From Octopus bimaculoides (lineage: Eukaryota): a DNA stretch of 64,000 nucleotides. The stretch spans positions 169,306,042 through 169,370,041 of the forward strand of contig NC_068981.1 of assembly GCF_001194135.2 (NCBI RefSeq), given 5' to 3'. Under the pieces are notes generated by a model that saw only the letters and a program-made list of their open reading frames with translations, was not told the DNA's origin and searched no databases. Shown here piece by piece: positions 53,897 through 64,000 of this stretch. The translations under genes and the position numbers were made by a program. The stretch's first letter is position 1, and every line of letters begins with the position of its first letter.

Positions 53897-53924
53897 GTAT
53901 ATACATACACGTATATATATTTGA

Positions 53925-54030
53925 CTGGTGCCATGCTGGAACATCGCCTTTTAGCCGAAGAAATCGACCCTTGGACTTGTTCTTTGTAACCCTGCTATTT
54001 ATTCTATCCGTCCCTTCTGCCGAACCGCTA
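53925..54030 (-). mobile_element. SINE family A tail fragment
   Basis: ttgactggtgccatgctggaacatcgcc..aatcgacccttggacttgttctttgtaa..ttctgccgaaccgctag. Confidence 0.85.
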
Positions 54031-54182
54031 GGCTATATATTGGTGATTAGTAAGGGATTTCTCCCAACATTTACCTATGCAGTAGAAACATGTGTGGGTC
54101 TATTTGAAGTTGTGTATAAAAAGGATTTAAAGGTTATGCTAATGCCACTTTGTAATAATCCTTATTATATATATATATGTGA

Positions 54183-54248
<66 letters not shown>

Positions 54249-54256
54249 TGTATGTG

Positions 54257-54300
<44 letters not shown>

Positions 54301-54972
54301 AGAGAGAGAGAGAGGGAGAGAGAGAAAGAGCTTTGTAAAAATTACTTGATATAGTTTCAATAATTAGAAAAAAGATTTAAAAAAATGTTATTACTATTTA
54401 AAAATTCTTTTATAGAACAAAACAACACTAACCCTTGTCGAAAAAGTTTGTGTATAGTGTATATTTTATTTCTCATGTGCATTTTGTGTAAGCAATGTTC
54501 AACTTCTCAAACACACTTTCCGAGCTAATTGCACATAGAGAAAGTTGTATTTTTTGTAACGGTGTTAGATTCTTCCGGTTTAGTTTTGAATTAGAATCCT
54601 CATAAAGTTACAAAGCCTTACGGACAGCAACACACGAAACACATGAGTAGTAGAAGTAATACACGTAAATGTGTATAAATCATGACATAATCAAAGCATA
54701 GTCGTGCTATGGTTATAATATAAATATAAATATCCATTTGTAGTCATGAATATTCCATTTGTGGTCAGCCATACTATGTAGGTGTGTTTGTGTTATGTGA
54801 GTACAAAAGAAGTTAGGAAGAGTTAGAATGAACAGCGTTCCAAAGAATATGGAAAATATTTTAAAATAATTTTTTGAGTTTTCTTACATGCATCGTATTG
54901 AAGATGTTTAGTCAGTTTATACACCTGCACAAGCAAAGGGCCTAGACAAACTCAGATTAAAATATAGGTATG

Positions 54973-55039
<67 letters not shown>

Positions 55040-55047
55040 AAGATGGG

Positions 55048-55134
55048 GAGGGAAGGGAATGGAGAGGGAAGGGAATGGAGAGGGAAGGGAATGGAGAGGG
55101 AAGGGAATGGAGAGGGAAGGGAATGGAGAGGGAA
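55048..55134 (+). repeat. 16-bp minisatellite (GAGGGAAGGGAATGGA) x5.4
   Basis: Five perfect units at 55048-55127 plus a partial unit, adjacent to (GA)n at 54978-55035. Confidence 0.95.
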
Positions 55135-56847
55135 AGGGAGAGATATATGGAAAAACAGAAAGGCAGAAGTGGAAAGGGAGAAATGGCGATTAGGTGTGTT
55201 AGGACGCATGCAAACACAGACGCGTATATATCTACACACACATACTGTTCGTATATTTCGAGGTTTATAGATAGTTACATTAAAAAATTGTTTAAGTAGA
55301 TGGAATTGTAATTCTGGTAATTGACGGCATTATGAAGATGAGACGGTTTCATTTTAATGGTACAGGAGTGTTGTACTCTCTTAAATTACAACAATCCTTA
55401 AAACACATTAAATGTATGTAATGTATTTCTGAAGAAACTTAACTTTATACTTTAAAATGAAGGAAGACATGGGAACATTACAGTGAAATTCCTTAAAAAA
55501 GAAAAAGGAAAAGAAAATATTTATCTGGCTTTCTTGAAATAGCAGTTAATTTCTCCTCAAATCACACCTTTGCCAACTAAATTAGAATTTTACATGGAGT
55601 CATCATCATGTTCGTCCGTCAGACCTTAAAGAGGACCAAGGACAAAGTCAAATTGAATTAGGTGGTACTGAATGTACTGTTTAAAAAAATGTGATGATCG
55701 AGGCTGGAACGGAATACTTTGACCATAATAGATTAAATTCTTTGAGAAATGACCGAGGGTTAAACAGCAATAACAAGAAAGACAGCAGCATCAGCAACAG
55801 TAAAGTGGAACGAATAGAAATTGCTTAGACCTCATGATACCCTAGTTATTTTACTTTAAAACAATATAAAGATACCCACTGAGAATTGTTACTCTTATAT
55901 TTGCCACTGTGAATAAGATGATCGATTTTCAAACATTTTTCATTACTTCAACTATTGAACCTAATGAAAGCTCTAGACTGAGTTGCGTTGAAACTTCCCT
56001 TGCATTGAACGCTAGTTAATCACACGTAATTTTCAAAGACAACTTTTCAACCAATTCTTGATTTGAAATAGAGTGAGAGGGGAAAAAAAATAAGTGTCTT
56101 CTCTAGAGACACAACAAGAACGTTTGGTATGAATTCACAAAGCATCTCTCTCTTTATTGGCAGATATTTTTTTTCTTTTTTCACATGGCCAGTTCACCTC
56201 AATAAAGCTAGTCTCGAAATGTATATATATATATATATATATATATATNNNNNNNNNNNNNNNNNNNNNNNNNNNNNNNNNNNNNNNNNNNNNNNNNNNN
56301 NNNNNNNNNNNNNNNNNNNNNNNNNNNNNNNNNNNNNNNNNNNNNNNNNNNNNNNNNNNNNNNNNNNNNNNNNNNNNNNNNNNNNNNNNNNNNNNNNNNN
56401 NNNNNNNNNNNNNNNNNNNNNNNNNNNNNNNNNNNNNNNNNNNNNNNNNNNNNNNNNNNNNNNNNNNNNNNNNNNNNNNNNNNAAGGGTGATACTTAATA
56501 ATGCATGATACAATACTAGACTGGCTATAACGGTTTTGAATGTATCTGTTTTAATAAGTATAATGACTGTCTAATGATGAAGTTATTCAATATATATTAT
56601 TCACCAAATGGACGTTGCGTCTGTTTCGTGGGTGTTTATTTGAGGTGATCGATTATTTTGAGTAACTCCTCGGGTGAATTTTCAGCAGACAAATGCACCC
56701 ATTACTTAATTCTCACGTAATTGCCAATATGATAGAGTGTGTGACAACGCTGGCTTTGTGATTTGCAGGTACAATCCATCCGATATGCTTTAGCGCAGCA
56801 AAACGTTATACATAATAGGCGCAGGCATTGTAAAACGTCATATATAA

Positions 56848-57215
56848 TAAGCGCAGGCACAACTGTGTGGTAAGCAAGTCGCTTCCGAACCTAATGGTTC
56901 TGAATTCAATTCCATTGCCTGGCAACTTGGGGAAGAGTCTTCCATTTGAGCTCCGGGCCGACCAGAGACTTATGATTGGATTTGGTTGGCGAAAACTATA
57001 CCTATCTATATGCCTTTGTGTCCGTATTTGTTCCGTTTGACAACCAGTGTGGGTGTGTTTACCTCCCAGTAACTTAGCGGTTTGGCAAAAATCCAATAGA
57101 ATAGATACCAGCTTTAGCAAAAAAAAAAAAAAATATGGGTTATTTGCTCGACTAAAATAATTTTTCCAGGCATTGACCTAACATTGCTGCAGTTTAATGA
57201 GTGGAAGAACTTAAA
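56848..57215 (+). mobile_element. SINE family A
   Basis: aagcgcaggcacaactgtgtggtaagc..ccgggccgacc..ttgacaaccagtgtgggtgtgtttacc..aacttagcggtttggcaaaa..tttgctcgactaaa. Confidence 0.85.
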
Positions 57216-57659
57216 GGTAAACAATAGAATATANNNNNNNNNNATATATAACAACTTAAAAAGTGTAGCTTATTTGCAATTAGAAACTAAAGGCAAAAGT
57301 AATAGAGGTACAGACAAGCACTGCTTTTGCTAAAACTAGGAGTTAAAATAATTAAAATGCCACAAAAGCCCTGAAAGGACTGACAACGTGAGGTAGGTCC
57401 CTAGCGTACATAGATCGAGATTTCGGATGATGATGACTCCATGTGAAATTCTCCTAATTTAGTTGGCAAAGGTGTGATTTGAGCAGGAATTAACTGGTCT
57501 TCTCCAAAATCCGAAATCGCGATCCCACTATATACGCTGGGGACTTACCACCCTTTGTCTATATTTTGCAAAAGCGGCGCTAGTCTGTACTGTTTGTCAT
57601 TTTTGTGACCTCAATTACATATAGATATATGTGTGGGCACCATCTGTAAGAAAAACAGC

Positions 57660-58330
57660 ACCATGACGCAAGTCACTCAGCGAGAAATTTGGAAACGACG
57701 TTTCCACGTGTTTGGGTGTCAATCTGAAGACAGTGCAATCTGAGGACATGTACCGAGAACGATAAAAATCAAACATCCAGTCAATATCTTGGTGTTTGGA
57801 GTGATCACTAGTGACGGCAACGGCCTCAGACTCAACACGGAAGCCTACATCAAGTGCCTAGAAGAAGTAGTGCTGCCCTGTGTCAAGAGGGTAGCTGCTG
57901 GAAGACCCTATGTCAAACAAGCAGGAGGACCCAGACATGGCTGTCAGACTATTTCTGCGACTACATTACCCTTAACATCTGGCTACCTAATTCCCCCACA
58001 CTGCAATCCCCTTTATTATTATGTGTGGGGCGGAGTTGAGCGAGACACTAATCAAAACTCCTTGTTTCACCAAAAATGAACTGAAGGCAAGGATTATAGC
58101 AGCATTCACCAACTTAAACAAGAAGACCGCCCAGAAGAGTTGCAGAAGATTCCGAAGTCTTCTGGAGGCCGTGGTTGACGCCAATGGTGATTTTATTGAA
58201 TAGATTTACTGTCTAGTATTTCAAAATATTTTTGTATAATTTTGGTAAATATATCTGTTAAAATGAGATGTCAGTGTTATTTTTATTTTTTGTGTAATTG
58301 AGACAACAATATATTTACCGCAACCATTAC
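57660..58330 (+). pseudogene. Tc1/mariner-superfamily transposase remnant (maT/DD37D-like), internally deleted
   Basis: N-terminal scraps (MTQ..EIWKR, CLGVNLKTVQ), then IKHPVNILVFGVITSDG, LNTEAYIKCLEEVVLP..RPYV, WLPNSP.CNPLYYYVWG (cf. WPP.SPD.NPLDY..W), LKARI..AF..CRRFRSLLEAVVDANGDFIE* (TAG 58201-58203). Several deletions, including the second catalytic D motif. Confidence 0.85.
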
Positions 58331-58530
58331 ACACACACACANNNNNNNNNNNNNNNNNNNNNNNNNNNNNNNNNNNNNNNNNNNNNNNNNNNNNNNNNNN
58401 NNNNNNNNNNNNNNNNNNNNNNNNNNNNNNNNNNNNNNNNNNNNNNNNNNNNNNNNNNNNNNNNNNNNNNNNNNNNNNNNNNNNNNNNNNNNNNNNNNNN
58501 NNNNNNNNNNNNNNNNNNNNNNNNNNNNNC

Positions 58531-58812
58531 GAAGCGCTATGTTACGGGGAGGTAAACACACCAGCATCGGTTGCCAAGCGATGGTGGAGGGGACAAATAC
58601 AGACATGCAAACACACACACACACACACACACAAACAAATACACGCACACACACACACACATATACGACGGGCTTGTTTCAGGTTCCGTCTACCAAATCC
58701 ATTCACAGGGCTTTGATCGGCCCGAGGCTATAGTAGAAGACACTAGCCGAAGGTGCCACGCAGTGGGACTGAACCCGGAAATATGTGGTAAGCAAGCTAC
58801 TTACCACACAGC
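58531..58812 (-). mobile_element. SINE family A
   Basis: Reverse complement of head gaggctgtgtggtaagtagcttgcttaccacat..ggttcagtcccactgcgtggcacc, the body and an internal repeat. Confidence 0.9.
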
Positions 58813-58858
58813 CTCATCTTTTTGTTTTTTCAACACATTTAATATACGGTTTTAGCAT

Positions 58859-59448
58859 AAGGCGGTGAGCTGGTGGAATCGTTAAAACGCTGGGCAAAAT
58901 GCTTAGAGCCGTCTCATCTGTCGTCGTGTTCCGAGTTTAAATTCCGTCCAAGTGGACTTCGTATTTTATTCTTTCAGGGTCTATAAAATCATTGCACAGT
59001 GGTCGTAACAATCAATTTAAGTACGCCCCTAAAACTACTGGCCTTGTGCTAAAATTTCGAACCAATATTAGATCTTAGCTTCACCGAAGTCGACTTTGCC
59101 TTTCATCCTTTAGGGGTCGATAAAACAAATACCAGTTGAGCATAGGGATCGATAGAACAGATACCAGTTGAATACAGGGGTCGATGTGATCGATTTACCT
59201 TCTGCCCCCAAATTACTTGCTTTGCGCCAAAACTTGAAGTGAATATTCATTTTATCTGAAGGCGGTAAAATATTTTGCGGCATTTTGTCTGTCTTTACGT
59301 CCGGTGCTTAAATTTCTCAGAGGATGACTTTGTCTTTCATCCTGTCGGGGTCGATAAAACAAGTACCAGTTGAGTCCTGGAGTCGATATCATCGTTTTAC
59401 ACCTTTCCCAGAACTTGCTGGCCTTGTGCCAAAATTTGAAACAAATAT
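58859..59448 (+). mobile_element. Head-to-tail array of three SINE family B copies
   Basis: Copies at about 58859-59072, 59075-59240 and 59250-59448, each with the ggggtcgataaaa..taccagttga core and a ccttgtgccaaaattt tail. Confidence 0.85.
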
Positions 59449-60262
59449 TAGATTTTAGCTTTTTAATTGTCCATCTACCAAATAAGCTGATGCTGACTAA
59501 TATAATGTACGTATGTGGAAATCTATAGGGGTTTACTTCAAATAATTACATCATAGTAGGTAAGTTAAATATTTACTGTGGTGCTTAAAATTGCACACAT
59601 ACACACGTACAACACACAATTTCTGTCTCATCTTGAGATATCACAAATATAATTTTATTAGATTGTATGTCCAAAGAACAATTATCTGTTAGTGTGTCAG
59701 CTATAGACACATATTTACATCAGTGATTAACTGTCAGTTATTGACATAGTGATTCGTGACTGAGCATAGATCTATTAAGAGTTTCCTGCAGACTCATTAG
59801 AACCTCACATTGAATGGTTTGTGTTATTTACTCCGATTTTCTGTGCTTTGTGTTCCAATCCTGTTGACATCAACGTTTCCTTTCTTTATTTTTGTGTCGA
59901 TAAAAATTGTTGTTCCAAGGAGGTGACTTGTCGAAAATGTAAGAACGCTGGACCGGATGCTCTGTAGTATTTCTTATGGTTCTTTACATTTTGCGTTCAA
60001 ATCCAGCCATAGTTTACATGGATGTTAGACTTAATTTATCACCCAGTTAGAGAGTAAGTCAAAAGCTAAGTGTTTCGTGTACTGGAACTTATCAAACAAA
60101 ATTTGCCCATTGTCACTCTGTAATTTCTGACGAAATAATTTCTAAAATACAAAATGTTTTTCAAAAACGTTAACAGTAAACCCTGTTTTATGTGATACCT
60201 TCTACCAGTATCAGAAGTTTGAAAGTGTTTAGTTCAAAAAACATAATTAAATAATCTGTACG

Positions 60263-60366
60263 TCAAAGTCGACCTCGGCGATATTTGAACTCAAAAAGTG
60301 TAAAGACAGACGAAATACCGTTAAGTATTTCATCCAGCGCTCTAACGTTTCTGCCAGTTCGCCGCG
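60263..60366 (-). mobile_element. SINE family B, 5' half
   Basis: caaagtcgacctcggcgatatttgaactca..gacgaaatacc..aacgtttctgccagttcgcc. Confidence 0.9.
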
Positions 60367-61101
60367 TTAGAAATCAAACATTCATTTTAGAAATATATTC
60401 TTTATTCTTATTGCTTAAGCGTTACTCCCTTACTTCTTTACTTACCGACATGAAATTTCATAACATTTTACCTCATAACTCTTTTTCTACTAATTTTTGT
60501 TCAATACCACTAGCGATTCTGAATCCTTCATGCATTTTTCTATCATTTAAGCCTAAGAAAAGTATACTTTTAATTTAAAATTTAAAAAATCATGTTAATT
60601 GAAAATGAATATCTGCCTTACTGCCCTCCCACTTTGAGGTCGCAGATATTTTGATGTAACTTTATTTTTTACTCAACCAAATCTCAAACTATTTATGCCA
60701 AAGTGTAGCGGAGGAGAGGAGGTGTCCTCTTTAAAACTATTAACAGTTTGCAATTTAGTTGAGAACTGAATTAGTAGTGAAGCTTGGAAGCTGCTGCGAT
60801 TGACGAAATGGTGGACTTAAGAATATATTCAACCGCTACCGTGGTTGAATCATAGCTAATTTTGTGCAATGATATATGATTTAACAGATCATCAGAAATT
60901 GTGCGAAACATTGAATTCTGTTGAACTGAAGTCTGAATTTCAGTGTGACAATTTATTTCATCATTTATTTTTTCGTAGAATGAATATATCAGATCAAGTT
61001 ATAAAAAAAATATGGAGAACTTATAAAGTATCACCCCCAGGTCTCCAATTATAAAAAAATATGTAAGTGAAAGGTATCAACAATACATTATCTATCTATC
61101 C

Positions 61102-61135
<34 letters not shown>

Positions 61136-61663
61136 ATTTACATATATAATATTTCTTTTTTACTTTTAACATAGCATTGGAAAAGTAGACTACTTCCGGC
61201 CTAAGTGGCACTATAAATCAATGTGGTTTAACAGCACGGGTTTAATTTGAAAAGTTTGCAATTATAGGTTTGAATGGTGCGGTAATTCATACAGATAAAT
61301 GTAATCATTTTCAATTACAACATTAATAGAAAACAAATTCTGAGTTAATCTCCTGATGGAAATAGTGTTATACATATGTTCATGAAATATAGTTCTTTTT
61401 GTGTCACTCGTGTACTGCGAAGAGAAATCTGTTTCTTTTGATTTGAAAGAAAGAATATTGTCATAAAATAGTTTACAGCTTNNNNNNNNNNNNNNNNNNN
61501 NNNNNNNNNNNNNNNNNNNNNNNNNNNNNNNNNNNNNNNNNNNNNNNNNNNNNNNNNNNNNNNNNNNNNNNNNNNNNNNNNNNNNNNNNNNNNNNNNNNN
61601 NNNNNNNNNNNNNNNNNNNNNNNNNNNNNNNNNNNNNNNNNNNNNNNNNNNNNNNNNNNNNNN

Positions 61664-61716
<53 letters not shown>

Positions 61717-62974
61717 TAGATAGAGAGAGAGAGAACGAGAGAGGAGAGATTGTGAGAAAAAGAGAGAAAGAGAAAGAGGGAGAGAAGGGGTAGAGGGTAA
61801 CAAAGAAAGAGAGATGGAGGTCGGACAGTTAAACAGCAGAAAAAAAGAAACCAGTCAATTGTGATTTCGAGTTTAAATTGGTAAGAGCTTGCCTGTGATA
61901 TAATGCGCACTCATTTGGTCTAATAAATCAATGAAAGACGGCTGACTGATATAAATCCATCTAGCTGCAAAACACTCGCTATATTAGGTATTTACAGAAT
62001 AAATCCTATATACAGAATACAGGAATTGTCTTCCCAGCGTGCCTTTTGACATGGCAAGCTGGTAGTCACTTTGGATTCCGAATTCTCCAGAATTTCGGAC
62101 ATAGTTTGATTATTGTTTTAGCTTAAATAATTAATCCTAAAAAGGGACTGTGAGCAATTTGTACTGCAAATGGTTTCAACGTGTATAATTGTATAAGGAA
62201 TTTGATGAGCCTTAGGCTTCCAACTACATTATATCTGAAATGAAGGTATGCAAAATTACGAGATAGGAGAAATTAACTGGATTATGTAGTTCTGATAATT
62301 TGCTATACATTTCTTAGCAGATATTGCAGTACAAATTATACCTGTGCCTGACAGACATTTAGAAGCAGTTCTATTCGTCAAGATTCCGTCACCGTCTTCT
62401 TGCTTAGTTCATAATATGTTATATTCAGCTAGAGATCGTTTTATAGAGTATAAACATACACACGCACACATGCAGAAATCCCAACACGCCCAATCCTCCA
62501 CGCAAACGCACGCACACTCCTGCACACATGTCCGTTTAAGCTGATTCACACATTAATACGAACATCTACGATAACACAGATATCCAAGATAATATAGCAT
62601 TCACACTTTCACAAGAGTACTTACTATGTAATATTCCTTTTTTACACCCAAGCGTGTGCAGAGGCGTGCACAATTGCACCTGCGTGCACACACATACACG
62701 CACACAAACATACACAAATATATACTTAGGCATTAATTTAAGAAAACGCAAATGTACACACACACAAACAAATACACATGTAGTCATGTGACGTATTACT
62801 GCTCTAAATGGAACCTCAAGCGACCGATTTTCCAACAATCCATATTGGTTAATATATAAGGTATTGCTCAACGGCCACAGTTTCAGTTACCAAATACATA
62901 CATACATATATATACATCCTTTTGTTGTTTTCACTACCTGTCCTCGTCTGTTGCTTTTTTTTCGTACATTCTCC

Positions 62975-63066
62975 TAGATACATACATACATACATGCATG
63001 CATATATACATACGTACGTACGTACGTACATACATGCATACATACATACATACATACATACATACA

Positions 63067-63097
<31 letters not shown>
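62975..63097 (+). repeat. (TACA)n microsatellite with TGCA/TACG variants
   Basis: About 30 tetranucleotide units. Confidence 0.95.
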
Positions 63098-63098
<1 letters not shown>

Positions 63099-63420
63099 GT
63101 GAAGGCGTGTGTTTGTAGTTAGTGTATTCGGCTTAATTTCGTAAGGACGTTAGTTCGATTTTCAGCGGGGTGACGTTCTGTCCTTAAGAATTTATTTCCC
63201 TTTCCTCCAGTTCACTCAACTGACACAGATGAATAGTACCTGTAATTCAAAGGGCCAATCTTATCACATTCTTAGTCACGATGAATCTCTTTAAGAACTA
63301 TGTTAAGGGGACTCGTATCTGTGGATTGCTCAGCCACTTGCACGTTAATTTTATGAGCACGCTGTTCAGTTGATCAGATCAACTGGAACACTTATCGTCT
63401 TAACCGACAAAGTACCAATC
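63098..63420 (+). mobile_element. SINE sharing the 3' half of family C but with a different head and core
   Basis: tacctgtaattcaaagggcc..gaactatgttaaggg..tgctcagccacttgcacgttaatttt..gatcaactggaac..taaccgac matches 50258-50400 (minus). The upstream part (gttcgatttt, ccagttcactcaactg) differs. Confidence 0.8.
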
Positions 63421-64000
63421 ACTTGTATATATGTATAACATATAGATACGCACATTTATATGTATGTATGAATACATCCCGCTCTCTCTATATATGTATA
63501 TAGATGTATATACAATCAAACATACATACATATATACATGCACATATACATCATTACATCCATTATACTATATCAAATGGTTCATAAAGAATGAAGAAAT
63601 ACATGAACATATGAAATGATGCAATTTACTCATACGTCGAGGACCTAAACCAATTACTTACGAAATATCATTATGTTGTATGCTTATATTTTCATTTCTT
63701 GTCATTTATTCTATTTTAAGCATGTCCTCTAGCTATGAACATTGGTTTCAGTTCGGCACAAGCGTAATTAATTGTAAAAACCTGCAGTCTAATTGACTTA
63801 ACCCCTTTACATTATTTATCTTAAGTGGTTTCGATACGCTGTTCCTTCTGGTTTCGAAGCATACATAATTATTTCAATACGTTATTAACTTACTTATAAG
63901 ATGGATTGCTATTTTATATCACGATTTCTATAATAGAAACGCAGATGAACATATCAATAGAACGAGTGAGAAAATATCTGGTAGCATTTATTTATATGCC

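Overview
This is AT-rich, repeat-dominated eukaryotic genomic DNA from a draft assembly, with about 17 N-gaps totalling roughly 4.6 kb, nearly all flanked by microsatellites. The SINE families and microsatellite density resemble Octopus or another coleoid cephalopod. That assignment rests on recalled repeat consensuses, not a search. I recognised no intact host protein-coding gene, tRNA, rRNA or CRISPR array, so the window reads as intergenic or large-intron sequence with only weak candidate exons. Identifiable content is decayed mobile DNA: a Penelope-like (PLE) reverse transcriptase pseudogene (~4.0-5.0 kb); a minimal hammerhead ribozyme (1388-1457) plus a second degenerate one; several R4/Dong-like RLE non-LTR retroelement pieces sitting in (AAT)n or (TACA)n arrays; RTE, CR1/L2-like and Tx1/L1 fragments; a mariner and a maT/DD37D-like transposase remnant; and about 25 tRNA-derived SINE copies, several as close inverted pairs. 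There is also an uncharacterised ~430-bp fold-back element and a 115-bp hairpin. The most interesting leads are the PLE-type hammerhead, an apparently (TACA)n-targeted RLE retroelement represented by both 5' and 3' portions, and the palindromic elements.
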